Below are positions 1 through 12,100 of a DNA stretch of 64,000 bases, piece by piece. The translations under genes were made by a program, and so were the position numbers. The first letter of the stretch is position 1. Each line of letters opens with the position of its first letter. The notes beneath the pieces were generated by a model. That model had not been told where the DNA came from and ran no database searches. It saw only the letters and a program-made list of their open reading frames with translations. This DNA is from Eledone cirrhosa (lineage: Eukaryota). The DNA lies in contig OZ024751.1 of NCBI GenBank assembly GCA_964016885.1, positions 1,922,001 to 1,986,000 of the forward strand, in the 5' to 3' direction.

Positions 1-999
1 TTGTTTGTGTTACTGTTGTTGGTGTTGTTGGTGTTACTGTTGTGGTGTTGTTAGTGTTACTGTTGTTGGTGTTGTTAGTGTTACTGTTGTTGGTTTTGTT
101 GGTGTTACTGTTGTTGGTGTTGTCAGTGTTACTGTTGTTGGTGTTGTTAGAGTTACTGTTGTTGGTGTTGTTATTGTTACTGTTGTTGGTGTTGCTGGTG
201 TTACTGTTGTTGGTGTTGTTGGTGTTACTGTTGTTGGTGTTGTTGGTATTACTGTTGTTGGTGTTGTTGGTGTTACTGTTGTTGGTGTTATTAGTGTTAC
301 TGTTGTTGGTGTTGTTAGTGTTACTGTTGTTGGTGTTGTGGGTGTTAATGTTGATGGTGTTGTTGGTGTTACTGTTGTTGGTGTTGTTGGTGTTTCTGTT
401 GTTGGTGTTGTTAGTGTTACTGTTGTTGGTGTTGATAGTGTTACTGTTGTCGGTGTTGTTGGTGTTACTGTTGTTGGTGTTGTTGGTGTTACTTTTGTTG
501 GTGTTGTTAGTGTTACTGTTGTTGGTGTTGTTAGAGTCACTGTTGTTGGTGTTGTTGGTGTTACTGTTGTTGGTGTTGTTGGTGTTACTGTTGTTGGTGT
601 TGCTGGTGTTACTGTTGTTGGTGTTGTTGGTGTTACTGTTGTTGGTGTTGTTGGTGTTACTGTTGTTGGTGTTGTTGGTGTTACTGTTGTTGGTGTTATT
701 AGTGTTAATGTTGTTGGTGTTGTTTGTGTTACTGTTGTTGGTGTTGTTGGTGTTACTGTTGTTGGTGTTATTGGTGTTACTGTTGTTGGTGTTGTTGGTG
801 TTACTGTTGTTGGTGTTGTTAGTGTTACTGTTGTTGGTGTTGTTAGTGTTACTGTTGTTGGCGTTGTTGGTGTTACTGTTGTTGGTGTTGTTGGTGTTAC
901 TGATGTTGGTGTTATTGGTGTTACTGATGTCGGTGTTGTTGGTGTTACTGTTGTTGGTGTTGTTGGTGTTACTGTTGTTGGTGTTGTTAGTATTAATGT

Positions 1000-3900
1000 T
1001 GTTGGTGTCGTTGGTGTTACTGTTGTTGGTGTTGTTGGTGTTACTGTTGTTGGTGTTGTTGGAGTTACTGTTGTTGTTGTTGTTGGTGTTACTGTTGTTG
1101 GTGTTATTGGTGTTACTGTTGTTGGTGTGGTTGGTGTTGTTTGTGTTACTGTTGTTGGTGTTGTTGGTGTTACTGTTATTGGTGTTGTTGGTGTTACTGT
1201 TGTGGTGTTGTTAGTGTTACTGTTGTTGGTGTTGTTATTGTTACTGTTGTTGGTTTTGTTGGTGTTACTGTTGTTGGTGTTATTGGTGTTACTGTTGTTG
1301 GTGTTGTTGGTGTTACTGTTGTTGGTGTTGTTGGTGTTACTGTTGTTGGTGTTGTTAGTATTAATGTTGTTGGTGTCGTTGGTGTTACTGTTGTTGGTGT
1401 TGGTGGTGTTACTGTTGTTGGTGTTGTTGGTGTTACTGTTGTTGGTGTTGTTCGTGTTACTGTTGTTGGTGTTGGTGTTACTGTTGTTGGTGTTGTTAGT
1501 GTTGCTGTTGTTGGTGATGGTGTTGGTGTTACTGTTGTTGGTGTTGTTGGTGTTACTGTTGTTGGTGTTGTTGGTGTTACTGTTGTGGTGTTGTTAGTGT
1601 TACTGTTGTTGGTGTTGTTAGTGTTACTGTTGTTGGTTTTGTTGGTGTTACTGTTGTTGGTGTTGTCAGTGTTACTGTTGTTGGTGTTGTTAGTGTTACT
1701 GTTGTTGGTGTTGTTATTGTTACTGTTGTTGGTGTTGCTGGTGTTACTGTTGTTGGTGTTGTTGGTGTTACTGTTGTTGGTGTTGTTGGTGTTACTGTTG
1801 TTGGTGTTGTTGGTGTTACTGTTGTTGGTGTTATTAGTGTTACTGTTGTTGGTGTTGTTAGTGTTACTGTTGTTGGTGTTGTTGGTGTTACTGTTGTTGG
1901 TGTTGTTGGTGTTTCTGTTGTTGGTGTTGTTAGTGTTACTGTTGTTGGTGTTGTTAGTGTTACTGTTGTCGGTGTTGTTGGTGTTACTGTTGTTGGTGTT
2001 GTTGGTGTTACTTTTGTTGGTGTTGGTAGTGTTACTGTTGTTGGTGTTGTTAGCGTTACTGTTGTTGGTGTTGTTGGTATTACTGTTGTTGGTGTCGTTG
2101 GTGTTACTGTTGTTGGTGTTATTAGTGTTAATGTTGTTGGTGTTGTTTGTGTTACTGTTGTTGGTGTTGTTGGTGTTACTGTTGTTGGTGTTATTGGTGT
2201 TACTGTTGTTGGTGTTGTTTGTGTTATTGTTGTTGGTGTTGTTGGTGTTACTGTTGTTGGTGTTATTGGTGTTACTGTTGTTGGTGTTGTTGGTGTTACT
2301 GTTGTTGGTGTTGTTAGTGTTACTGTTGTTGGTGTTGTTAGTGTTACTGTTGTTGGTGTTGTTGGTGTTACTGTTGTTGGTGTTGTTGGTGTTACTGTTG
2401 TTGGTGTTGTTAGTGTTACTGTTGTTGGTGTTGTTAGTGTTACTGTTGTTGGTGTTGTTGGTGTTACTGTTGTTGGTGTTATTAGTGTTACTGTTGTTGG
2501 TGTTGTTTGTGTTACTGCTGTTGGTGTTGTTGGTGTTACTGTTGTTGGTGTTATTGGTGTTACTGATGTTGGTGTTGTTGGTGTTACTGTTGTTGGTGTT
2601 GTTGGTGTTACTGTTGTTGGTGTTGTTAGTATTAATGTTGTTGGTGTCGTTGGTGTTACTGTTGTTGGTGTTGGTGGTGTTACTGTTGTTGGTGTTGTTG
2701 GAGTTACTGTTGTTGTTGTTGTTGGTGTTACTGTTGTTGGTGTTATTGGTGTTACTGTTGTTGGTGTTGTTGGTGTTGTTTGTGTTACTGTTGTTGGTGT
2801 TGTTGGTGTTACTGTTATTGGTGTTGTTGGTGTTACTGTTGTTGGTGTTGTTGGTGTTACTGTTGTGGTGTTGTTAGTGTTACTGTTGTTGGTGTTGTTA
2901 TTGTTACTGTTGTTGGTTTTGTTGGTGTTACTGTTGTTGGTGTTATTGGTGTTACTGTTGTTGGTGTTGTTGGTGTTACTGTTGTTGGTGTTGTTGGTGT
3001 TACTGTTGTTGGTGTTGTTAGTATTAATGTTGTTGGTGTCGTTGGTGTTACTGTTGTTGGTGTTGGTGGTGTTACTGTTGTTGGTGTTGTTGGTGTTACT
3101 GTTGTTGGTGTTGTTCGTGTTACTGTTGTTGGTGTTGGTGTTACTGTTGTTGGTGTTGTTAGTGTTACTGTTGTTGGTGTTGGTGTTGGTGTTACTGTTG
3201 TTGGTGTTGTTGGTGGTACTGTTGTTGGTGTTGTTGGTGTTACTGTTGTGGTGTTGTTGGTGTTACTTTTGTTGGTGTTGTTAGTGTTACTGTTGTTGGT
3301 GTTGTTAGTGTTACTGTTGTTGGTGTTGTTGGTGTTACTGTTGTTGGTGTTGTTGGTGTTATTAGTGTTACTGTTGTTGGTGTTGTTTGTGTTACTGTTG
3401 TTGGTGTTGTTGGTGTTACTGTTGTTGGTGTTATTGGTGTGACTGATGTTGGTGTTGTTGGTGTTACTGTTGTTGGTGTTGTTGGTGTTACTGTTGTTGG
3501 TGTTGTTAGTATTAATGTTGTTGGTGTCGTTGGTGTTACTGTTGTTGGTGTTGGTGGTGTTACTGTTGTTGGTGTTGTTGGAGTTACTGTTGTTGTTGTT
3601 GTTGGTGTTACTGTTGTTGGTGTTATTGGTGTTAATGTTGTTGGTGTTGTTGGTGTTGTTTGTGTTACTGTTGTTGGTGTTGTTGGTGTTACTGTTATTG
3701 GTGTTGTTGGTGTTACTGTTGTTGGTGATGTTGGTGTTACTGTTGTGGTGTTGTTAGTGTTACTGTTGTTGGTGTTGTTATTGTTACTGTTGTTGGTTTT
3801 GTTGGTGTTACTGTTGTTGGTTTTATTGGTGTTACTGTTGTTGGTGTTGTTGGTGTTACTGTTGTTGGTGTTGTTGGTGTTACTGTTGTTGGTGTTGTTA

Positions 3901-6900
3901 GTATTAATGTTGTTGGTGTCGTTGGTGTTACTGTTGTTGGTGTTGGTGGTGTTACTGTTGTTGGTGTTGTTGGTGTTACTGTTGTTGGTGTTGTTCGTGT
4001 TACTGTTGTTGGTGTTGGTGTTACTGTTGTTGGTGTTGTTAGTGTTACTGTTGTTGGTGTTGGTGTTGGTGTTACTGTTGTTGGTTTTGTTGGTGTTACT
4101 GTTGTTGGTGTTGTCAGTGTTACTGTTGTTGGTGTTGTTAGTGTTACTGATGTTGGTGTTGTTGGTGTTACTGTTGTTGGTGTTGTTGATCTTACTGTTG
4201 TTGGTGATGTTGGTGTTACTGTTGTTGGTGTTGTTGGTGTTACTGTTGTTGGTGTTGTTGGTGTTACTTTTGTTGGTGTTGTTAGTGTTACTGTTGTTGG
4301 TGTTGTTAGAGTCACTGTTGTTGGTGTTGTTGGTGTTACTGTTGTTGGTGTTGTTGGTGTTACTGTTGTTGGTGTTGCTGGTGTTACTGTTGTTGGTGTT
4401 GTTGGTGTTACTGTTGTTGGTGTTGTTGGTGTTACTGTTGTTGGTGTTGTTGGTGTTACTGTTGTTGGTGTTATTAGTGTTAATGTTGTTGGTGTTGTTT
4501 GTGTTACTGTTGTTGGTGTTGTTGGTGTTACTGTTGTTGGTGTTATTGGTGTTACTGTTGTTGGTGTTGTTGGTGTTACTGTTGTTGGTGTTGTTAGTGT
4601 TACTGTTGTTGGTGTTGTTAGTGTTACTGTTGTTGGCGTTGTTGGTGTTACTGTTGTTGGTGTTGTTGGTGTTACTGTTGTTGGTGTTGTTAGTGTTACT
4701 GTGTTGGTGTTGTTAGTGTTACTGTTGTTGGTGTTGTTGGTGTTACTGTTGTTGGTGTTGTTGGTGTTACTGTTGTTGGTGTTATTAGTGTTACTGTTGT
4801 TGGTGTTGTTTGTGTTACTGTTGTTGGTGTTGTTGGTGTTACTGATGTTGGTGTTATTGGTGTTATTGATGTTGGTGTTGTTGGTGTTACTGTTGTTGGT
4901 GTTGTTGGTGTTACTGTTGTTGGTGTTGTTAGTATTAATGTTGTTAGTGTCGTTGGTGTTACTGTTGTTGGTGTTGTTGGTGTTACTGTTGTTGGTGTTG
5001 TTGGAGTTACTGTTGTTGGTGTTATTGGTGTTACAGTTGTTGGTGTGGTTGGTGTTGTTTGTGTTACTGTTGTTGGTGTTGTTGGTGTTAATGTTATTGG
5101 TGTTGTTGGTGTTACTGTTGTGGTGTTGTTAGTGTTACTGTTGTTGGTGTTGTTATTGTTACTGTTGTTGGTTTTGTTGGTGTTACTGTTGTTGGTGTTA
5201 TTGGTGTTACTGTTGTTGGTGTTGTTGGTGTTACTGTTGTTGGTGTTGTTGGTGTTACTGTTGTTGGTGTTGTTAGTATTAATGTTGTTGGTGTCGTTGG
5301 TGTTACTGTTGTTGGTGTTGGTGGTGTTACTGTTGTTGGTGTTGTTGGTGTTACTGTTGTTGGTGTTGTTCGTGTTACTGTTGTTGGTGTTGGTGTTACT
5401 GTTGTTGGTGTTGTTAGTGTTACTGTTGTTGGTGATGGTGTTGGTGTTACTGTTGTTGGTGTTGTTGGTGTTACTGTTGTTGGTGTTGTTGGTGTTACTG
5501 TTGTGGTGTTGTTAGTGTTACTGTTGTTGGTGTTGTTAGTGTTACTGTTGTTGGTTTTGTTGGTGTTACTGTTGTTGGTGTTGTCAGTGTTACTGTTGTT
5601 GGTGTTGTTAGTGTTACTGTTGTTGGTGTTGTTATTGTTACTGTTGTTGGTGTTGCTGGTGTTACTGTTGTTGGTGTTGTTGGTGTTACTGTTGTTGGTG
5701 TTGTTGGTGTTACTGTTGTTGGTGTTGTTGGTGTTACTGTTGTTGGTGTTATTAGTGTTACTGTTGTTGGTGTTGTTAGTGTTACTGTTGTTGGTGTTGT
5801 TGGTGTTACTCTTGTTGGTGTTGTTGGTGTTTCTGTTGTTGGTGTTGTTAGTGTTACTGTTGTTGGTGTTGTTAGTGTTACTGTTGTCGGTGTTGTTGGT
5901 GTTACTGTTGTTGGTGTTGTTGGTGTTACTTTTGTCGGTGTTGGTAGTGTTAATGTTGTTGGTGTTGTTAGTGTTACTGTTGTTGGTGTTGTTGGTGTTA
6001 CTGTTGTTGGTGTTGTTGGTGTTACTGTTGTTGGTGTTGTTGGTGTTACTGTTGTTGGTGTTATTGGTGTTACTGTTGTTGGTGTTGTTTGTGTTATTGT
6101 TGTTGGTGTTGTTGGTGTTACTGTTGTTGGTGTTATTGGTGTTACTGTTGTTGGTGTTATTGGTGTTACTGTTGTTGGTGTTGTTGGTGTTACTTTTGTT
6201 GGTGTTGGTAGTGTTACTGTTGTTGGTGTTGTTAGCGTTACTGTTGTTGGTGTTGTTGGTATTACTGTTGTTGGTGGTGTTGGTGTTACTGTTGTTGGTG
6301 TTATTAGTGTTAATGTTGTTGGTGTTGTTAGTGTTACTGTTGTTGGTGTTGGTGGTGTTACTGTTGTTGGTGTTGTTTGTGTTACTGTTGTTGGTGTTGT
6401 TGGTGTTACTGTTGTTGGTGTTATTGGTGTTACTGTTGTTGGTGTTGTTTGTGTTATTGTTGTTGGTGTTGTTGGTGTTACTGTTGTTGGTGTTATTGGT
6501 GTTACTGTTGTTGGTGTTGTTGGTGTTACTGTTGTTGGTGTTGTTAGTGTTACTGTTGTTGGTGTTGTTAGTGTTACTGTTGTTGGTGTTGTTGGTGTTA
6601 CTGTTGTTGGTGTTGTTGGTGTTACTGTTGTTGGTGTTGTTAGTGTTACTGTTGTTGGTGTTGTTAGTGTTACTGTTGTTGGTGTTGTTGGTGTTACTGT
6701 TGTTGGTGTTATTAGTGTTACTGTTGTTGGTGTTGTTTGTGTTACTGCTGTTGGTGTTGTTGGTGTTACTGTTGTTGGTGTTATTGGTGTTACTGTTGTT
6801 GGTGTTGTTGGTGTTACTGTTGTTGGTGTTGTTAGTATTAATGTTGTTGGTGTCGTTGGTGTTACTGTTGTTGGTGTTGGTGGTGTTACTGTTGTTGGTG

Positions 6901-8280
6901 TTGTTGGAGTTACTGTTGTTGTTGTTGGTGGTGTTACTGTTGTTGGTGTTATTGGTGTTACTGTTGTTGGTGTTGTTGGTGTTGTTTGTGTTACTGTTGT
7001 TGGTGTTGTTGGTGTTACTGTTATTGGTGTTGTTGGTGTTACTGTTGTTGGTGTTGTTGGTGTTACTGTTGTGGTGTTGTTAGTGTTACTGTTGTTGGTG
7101 TTGTTATTGTTACTGTTGTTGGTTTTGTTGGTGTTACTGTTGTTGGTGTTATTGGTGTTACTGTTGTTGGTGTTGTTGGTGTTACTGTTGTTGGTGTTGT
7201 TGGTGTTACTGTTGTTGGTGTTGTTAGTATTAATGTTGTTGGTGTCGTTGGTGTTACTGTTGTTGGTGTTGGTGGTGTTACTGTTGTTGGTGTTGTTGGT
7301 GTTACTGTTGTTGGTGTTGTTCGTGTTACTGTTGTTGGTGTTGGTGTTACTGTTGTTGGTGTTGTTAGTGTTACTGTTGTTGGTGTTGGTGTTGGTGTTA
7401 CTGTTGTTGGTGTTGTTGGTGGTACTGTTGTTGGTGTTGTTGGTGTTACTGTTGTGGTGTTGTTGGTGTTACTTTTGTTGGTGTTGTTAGTGTTACTGTT
7501 GTTGGTGTTGTTAGTGTTACTGTTGTTGGTGTTGTTGGTGTTACTGTTGTTGGTGTTGTTGGTGTTATTAGTGTTACTGTTGTTGGTGTTGTTTGTGTTA
7601 CTGTTGTTGGTGTTGTTGGTGTTACTGTTGTTGGTGTTATTGGTGTGACTGATGTTGGTGTTGTTGGTGTTACTGTTGTTGGTGTTGTTGGTGTTACTGT
7701 TGTTGGTGTTGTTAGTATTAATGTTGTTGGTGTCGTTGGTGTTACTGTTGTTGGTGTTGGTGGTGTTACTGTTGTTGGTGTTGTTGGAGTTACTGTTGTT
7801 GTTGTTGTTGGTGTTACTGTTGTTGGTGTTATTGGTGTTACTGTTGTTGGTGTTGTTGGTGTTGTTTGTGTTACTGTTGTTGGTGTTGTTGGTGTTACTG
7901 TTATTGGTGTTGTTGGTGTTACTGTTGTTGGTGTTGTTGGTGTTACTGTTGTGGTGTTGTTAGTGTTACTGTTGTTGGTGTTGTTATTGTTACTGTTGTT
8001 GGTTTTGTTGGTGTTACTGTTGTTGGTTTTATTGGTGTTACTGTTGTTGGTGTTGTTGGTGTTACTGTTGTTGGTGTTGTTGGTGTTACTGTTGTTGGTG
8101 TTGTTAGTATTAATGTTGTTGGTGTCGTTGGTGTTACTGTTGTTGGTGTTGGTGGTGTTACTGTTGTTGGTGTTGTTGGTGTTACTGTTGTTGGTGTTGT
8201 TCGTGTTACTGTTGTTGGTGTTGGTGTTACTGTTGTTGGTGTTGTTAGTGTTACTGTTGTTGGTGTTGGTGTTGGTTTTA
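1000..8280. repeat. ~4 kb higher-order duplication (offset 3918 then 4206)
   Basis: Lesions 1202->5120 and 1585->5503 are offset by 3918. ORFs 2780->6986, 2865->7071 and 3439->7645 are offset by 4206 with the same rare markers (ggtggtact, gtgactgat). Boundaries are approximate. Confidence 0.8.
1202..1585. repeat. 383-bp higher-order module (16x24 minus 1) bounded by two frameshift lesions; first copy
   Basis: gttgtggt lesion pairs are 383 nt apart at 1202/1585, 2865/3248, 5120/5503, 7071/7454, 7951/8334, 15334/15717, 19116/19499 and 20011/20394. Length variants occur at 17021/17380, 10732/11133, 13836/14237 and 23675/24109. The internal marker order is conserved: att, ttt, agtattaat-gtc, ggtggt, cgt. 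Confidence 0.9.
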
Positions 8281-9163
8281 CTGTTGTTGGTGTTGTTGGT
8301 GTTACTGTTGTTGGTGTTGTTGGTGTTACTGTTGTGGTGTTGTTAGTGTTACTGTTGTTGGTGTTGTTAGTGTTACTGTTGTTGGTTTTGTTGGTGTTAC
8401 TGTTGTTGGTGTTGTCAGTGTTACTGTTGTTGGTGTTGTTAGTGTTACTGTTGTTGGTGTTGTTGGTGTTACTGTTGTTGGTGTTGTTGATCTTACTGTT
8501 GTTGGTGATGTTGGTGTTACTGTTGTTGGTGTTGTTGGTTTTACTGTTGTTGGTGTTGTTGGTGTTACTGTTGTTGGTGTTGTTGGTTTTGCTGTTGTTG
8601 GTGTTGTTGGTGTTACTGTTGTTGGTATTGTTGGTGTTACTGTTGTTGGTGTTGTTAGTATTACTGTTGTTGGTGTTGGTGGTGTTACTGTTGTTGGTGT
8701 TGTTGGTGTTACTGTTGTTGGTGTTGTTGGTGTTACTGTTGTTGGTGTTGTTAGTGTTACTGTTCTTGGTGTTGTTGGTGTTACTGTTGTTGGTGTTGTT
8801 GGTGTTACTGTTGTTGGTGTTGTTGGTGTTACTGTTGTTGGTGTTGGTGGTGTTACTGTTGTTGGTGTTGGTGGTGTTACTGTTGTTGGTGTTGTTGGTG
8901 TTACTGTTGTTGGTGTTGTTGGTGTTACTGTTGTTGGTGTTGTTGGTGTTACTGTTGTTGGTGTTGTTAGTATTACTGTTGTTGGTATGGTTGGTGTTAC
9001 TGTTGTTGGTGTTGTTGGTGTTACTGTTGTTGGTGTTGTTGGTGTTACTGTTGTTGGTGTTGTTAGTGTTACTGTTGTTGGTGTTGTTGGTGTTACTGTT
9101 GTTGGTGTTGTTTGTGTTACTGTTGTTGGTGTTGTTGGTGTTACTGTTGTTGGTGTTGTTGGT

Positions 9164-12100
9164 GTTACTGTTGTTGGTGTTGTTGGTGTTACTGCTTTGG
9201 TGTTGTTGGTGTTACTTTTGTTGGTGTTGTTGGTGTTACTGTTGTTCGTGTTGTTGGTGTTACTGTTGTTGGTGTTGTTGGTGTTACTGTTGTTGATGTT
9301 ATTAGTGTTACTGTTGTTGGTGTTGTTGGTGTTACTGTTGTTGGTGTTGTTGGTGTTACTGTTATTGGTGTTACTGTTGTTGGTGTTGGTGGTGTGACTG
9401 TTGTTGGTGTTGTTGGTGTTACTGTTGTTGGTGTTGTTAGTGTTACTGTTGTTGGTGTTGTTAGTGTTACTGTTGTTGGTGTTGTTGGTGTTACTGTTGT
9501 TGGTGTTGTTAGTGTTACTGTTGTTGGTGTTGTTATTGTTAATGTTGTTGGTATTGCTGGTGTTACTGTTGTTGGTGTTGTTGGTGTTACTGTTGTTGGT
9601 GTTGTTGGTGTTACTGTTGTTGGTGTTGTTGGTGTTACTGTTGTTGGTGTTATTAGTGTTACTGTTGTTGGTGTTGTTAGTGTTACTGTTGTTGGTGTTG
9701 TTGGTGTTAATGTTGTTGGTGTCGTTGGTGTTACTGTTGTTGGTGTTGTTGGTGTTACTGTTGTTGGTGTTGTTAGTGTTACTGTTGTTGGTGTTGTTAG
9801 TGTTACTGCCATTGGTGTTGTTGGTGTTACTGTTGTTGGTGTTGTTGGTGTTACTTTTGTTGGTGTTGTTAGTGTTACTGTTGTTGGTGCTGTTAGTGTT
9901 ACTGTTGTTGGTGTTGTTGGTGTTACTGTTGTTGGTGTTGTTGGTGTTACTGTTGTTGGTGTTATTTGTGTTAATGTTGTTGGTGTTGTTTGTGTTACTG
10001 TTGTTGGTGTTGTTGGTGTTACTGTTGTTGGTGTTATTGGTGTTACTGTTGTCGGTGTTATTTGTGTTACTGTTGTTGGTGTTGTTGGTGTTACTGTTGT
10101 TGGTGTTATTGGTGTTACTGTTGTTGGTGTTGTTGGTGTTACTGTTGTTGGTGTTGTTAGTGTTACTGTTGTTGGTGTTGTTAGTGTTACTGTTGTTGGT
10201 GTTGTTGGTGTTACTGTTGTTGGTGTTGTTGGTGTTACTGTTGTTGGTGTTGTTAGTGTTACTGTTGTTGGTGTTGTTAGTGTTACTGTTGTTGGTGTTG
10301 TTGGTGTTACTGTTGTTGGTGTTGTTGGTGTTACTGTTGTTGGTGTTCGTAGTGTTACTGTTGTTGGTGTTGTTTGTGTTACTGTTGTTGGTGTTGTTGG
10401 TGTTACTGTTGTTGGTGTTATTGGTGTTACTGATGTTGGTATTGTTGGTGTTACTGTTGTTGGTGTTGTTGGTGTTACTGTTGTTGGTGTTGTTAGTATT
10501 AATGTTGTTGGTGTCGTTGGTGTTACTGTTGTTGGTGTTGGTGGTGTTACTGTTGTCGGTGTTGTTGGAGTTACTGTTGTTGTTGTTGTTGGTGTTACTG
10601 TTGTTGGTGTTATTGGTGTTACTGTTGTTGGTGTTGTTGGTGTTGTTTGTGTTACTGTTGTTGGTGTTGTTGGTGTTACTGTTATTGGTGTTGTTGGTGT
10701 TACTGTTGTTGGTGTTGTTGGTGTTACTGTTGTGGTGTTGTTAGTGTTACTGTTGTTGGTGTTGTTATTGTTACTGTTGTTGGTTTTGTTGGTATTACTG
10801 TTGTTGGTGTTATTGGTGTTACTGTTGTTGGTGTTGTTGGTGTTACTGTTGTTGGTGTTGTTGGTGTTACTGTTGTTGGTGTTGTTAGTATTAATGTTGT
10901 TGGTGTCGTTGGTGTTACTGTTGTTGGTGTTGGTGGTGTTACTGTTGTTGGTGTTGTTGGTGTTACTGTTGTTGGTGTTGTTCGTGTTACTGTTGTTGGG
11001 GTTGGTGTTACTGTTGTTGGTGTTGTTAGTATTAATGTTGTTGGTGTCGTTGGTGTTACTGTTGTTGGTGTTGTTGGTGTTACTGTTGTTGGTGTTGTTC
11101 GTGTTACTGTTGTTGGTGTTGGTGTTACTGTTGTGGTGTTGTTAGTGTTACTGTTGTTGGTGTTGTTATTGTTACTGTTGTTGGTTTTGTTGGTGTTACT
11201 GTTGTTGGTGTTAGTGTTACTGTTGTTGGTGTTGTTAGTGTTACTGTTGTTGGTTTTGTTGGTGTTACTGCTGTTGGTGTTGTCAGTGTTACTGTTGTTG
11301 GTGTTGTTAGTGTTACTGTTGTTGGTGTTGCTGTTGTTACTGTTGTTGGTGTTGTTGGTGTTACTGTTGTTGGTGTTGTTGGTGTTACTGTTGTTGGTGT
11401 TGTTGGTGTTACTGTTGTTGGTGTTATTAGTGTTACTGTTGTTGGTGTTGTTAGTGTTACTGTTGTTGGTGTTGTTGGTGTTAATGTTGCTGGTGTTGTT
11501 GGTGTTACTGTTGTTGGTGTTGTTGGTGTTTCTGTTGTTGGTGTTGTTAGTGTTACTGTTGTTGGTGTTACTGTTGTTGGTGTTGTTAGTGTTACTGTTG
11601 TCGGTGTTGTTGGTGTTACTGTTGTTGGTGTTGTTGGTGTTACTTTTGTTGGTGTTGTTAGTGTTACTGTTGTTGGTGTTGTTAGAGTCACTGTTGTTGG
11701 TGTTGTTGGTGTTACTGTTGTTGGTGTTGTTGGTGTTACTGTTGTTGGTGTTGCTGGTGTTACTGTTGTTGGTGTTGTTGGTGTTACTGTTGTTGGTGTT
11801 GTTGGTGTTACTGTTGTTGGTGTTGTTGGTGTTACTGTTGTTGGTGTTATTAGTGTTAATGTTGTTGGTGTTGTTTGTGTTACTGTTGTTGGTGTTGTTG
11901 GTGTTACTGTTGTTGGTGTTATTGGTGTTACTGATGTTGGTGTTGTTGGTGTTACTGTTGTTGGTGTTGTTGGTGTTACTGTTGTTGGTGTTGTTAGTAT
12001 TAATGTTGTTGGTGTCGTTGGTGTTACTGTTGTTGGTGTTGTTGGTGTTACTGTTGTTGGTGTTGTTGGAGTTACTGTTGTTGTTGTTGGTGTTACTGTT

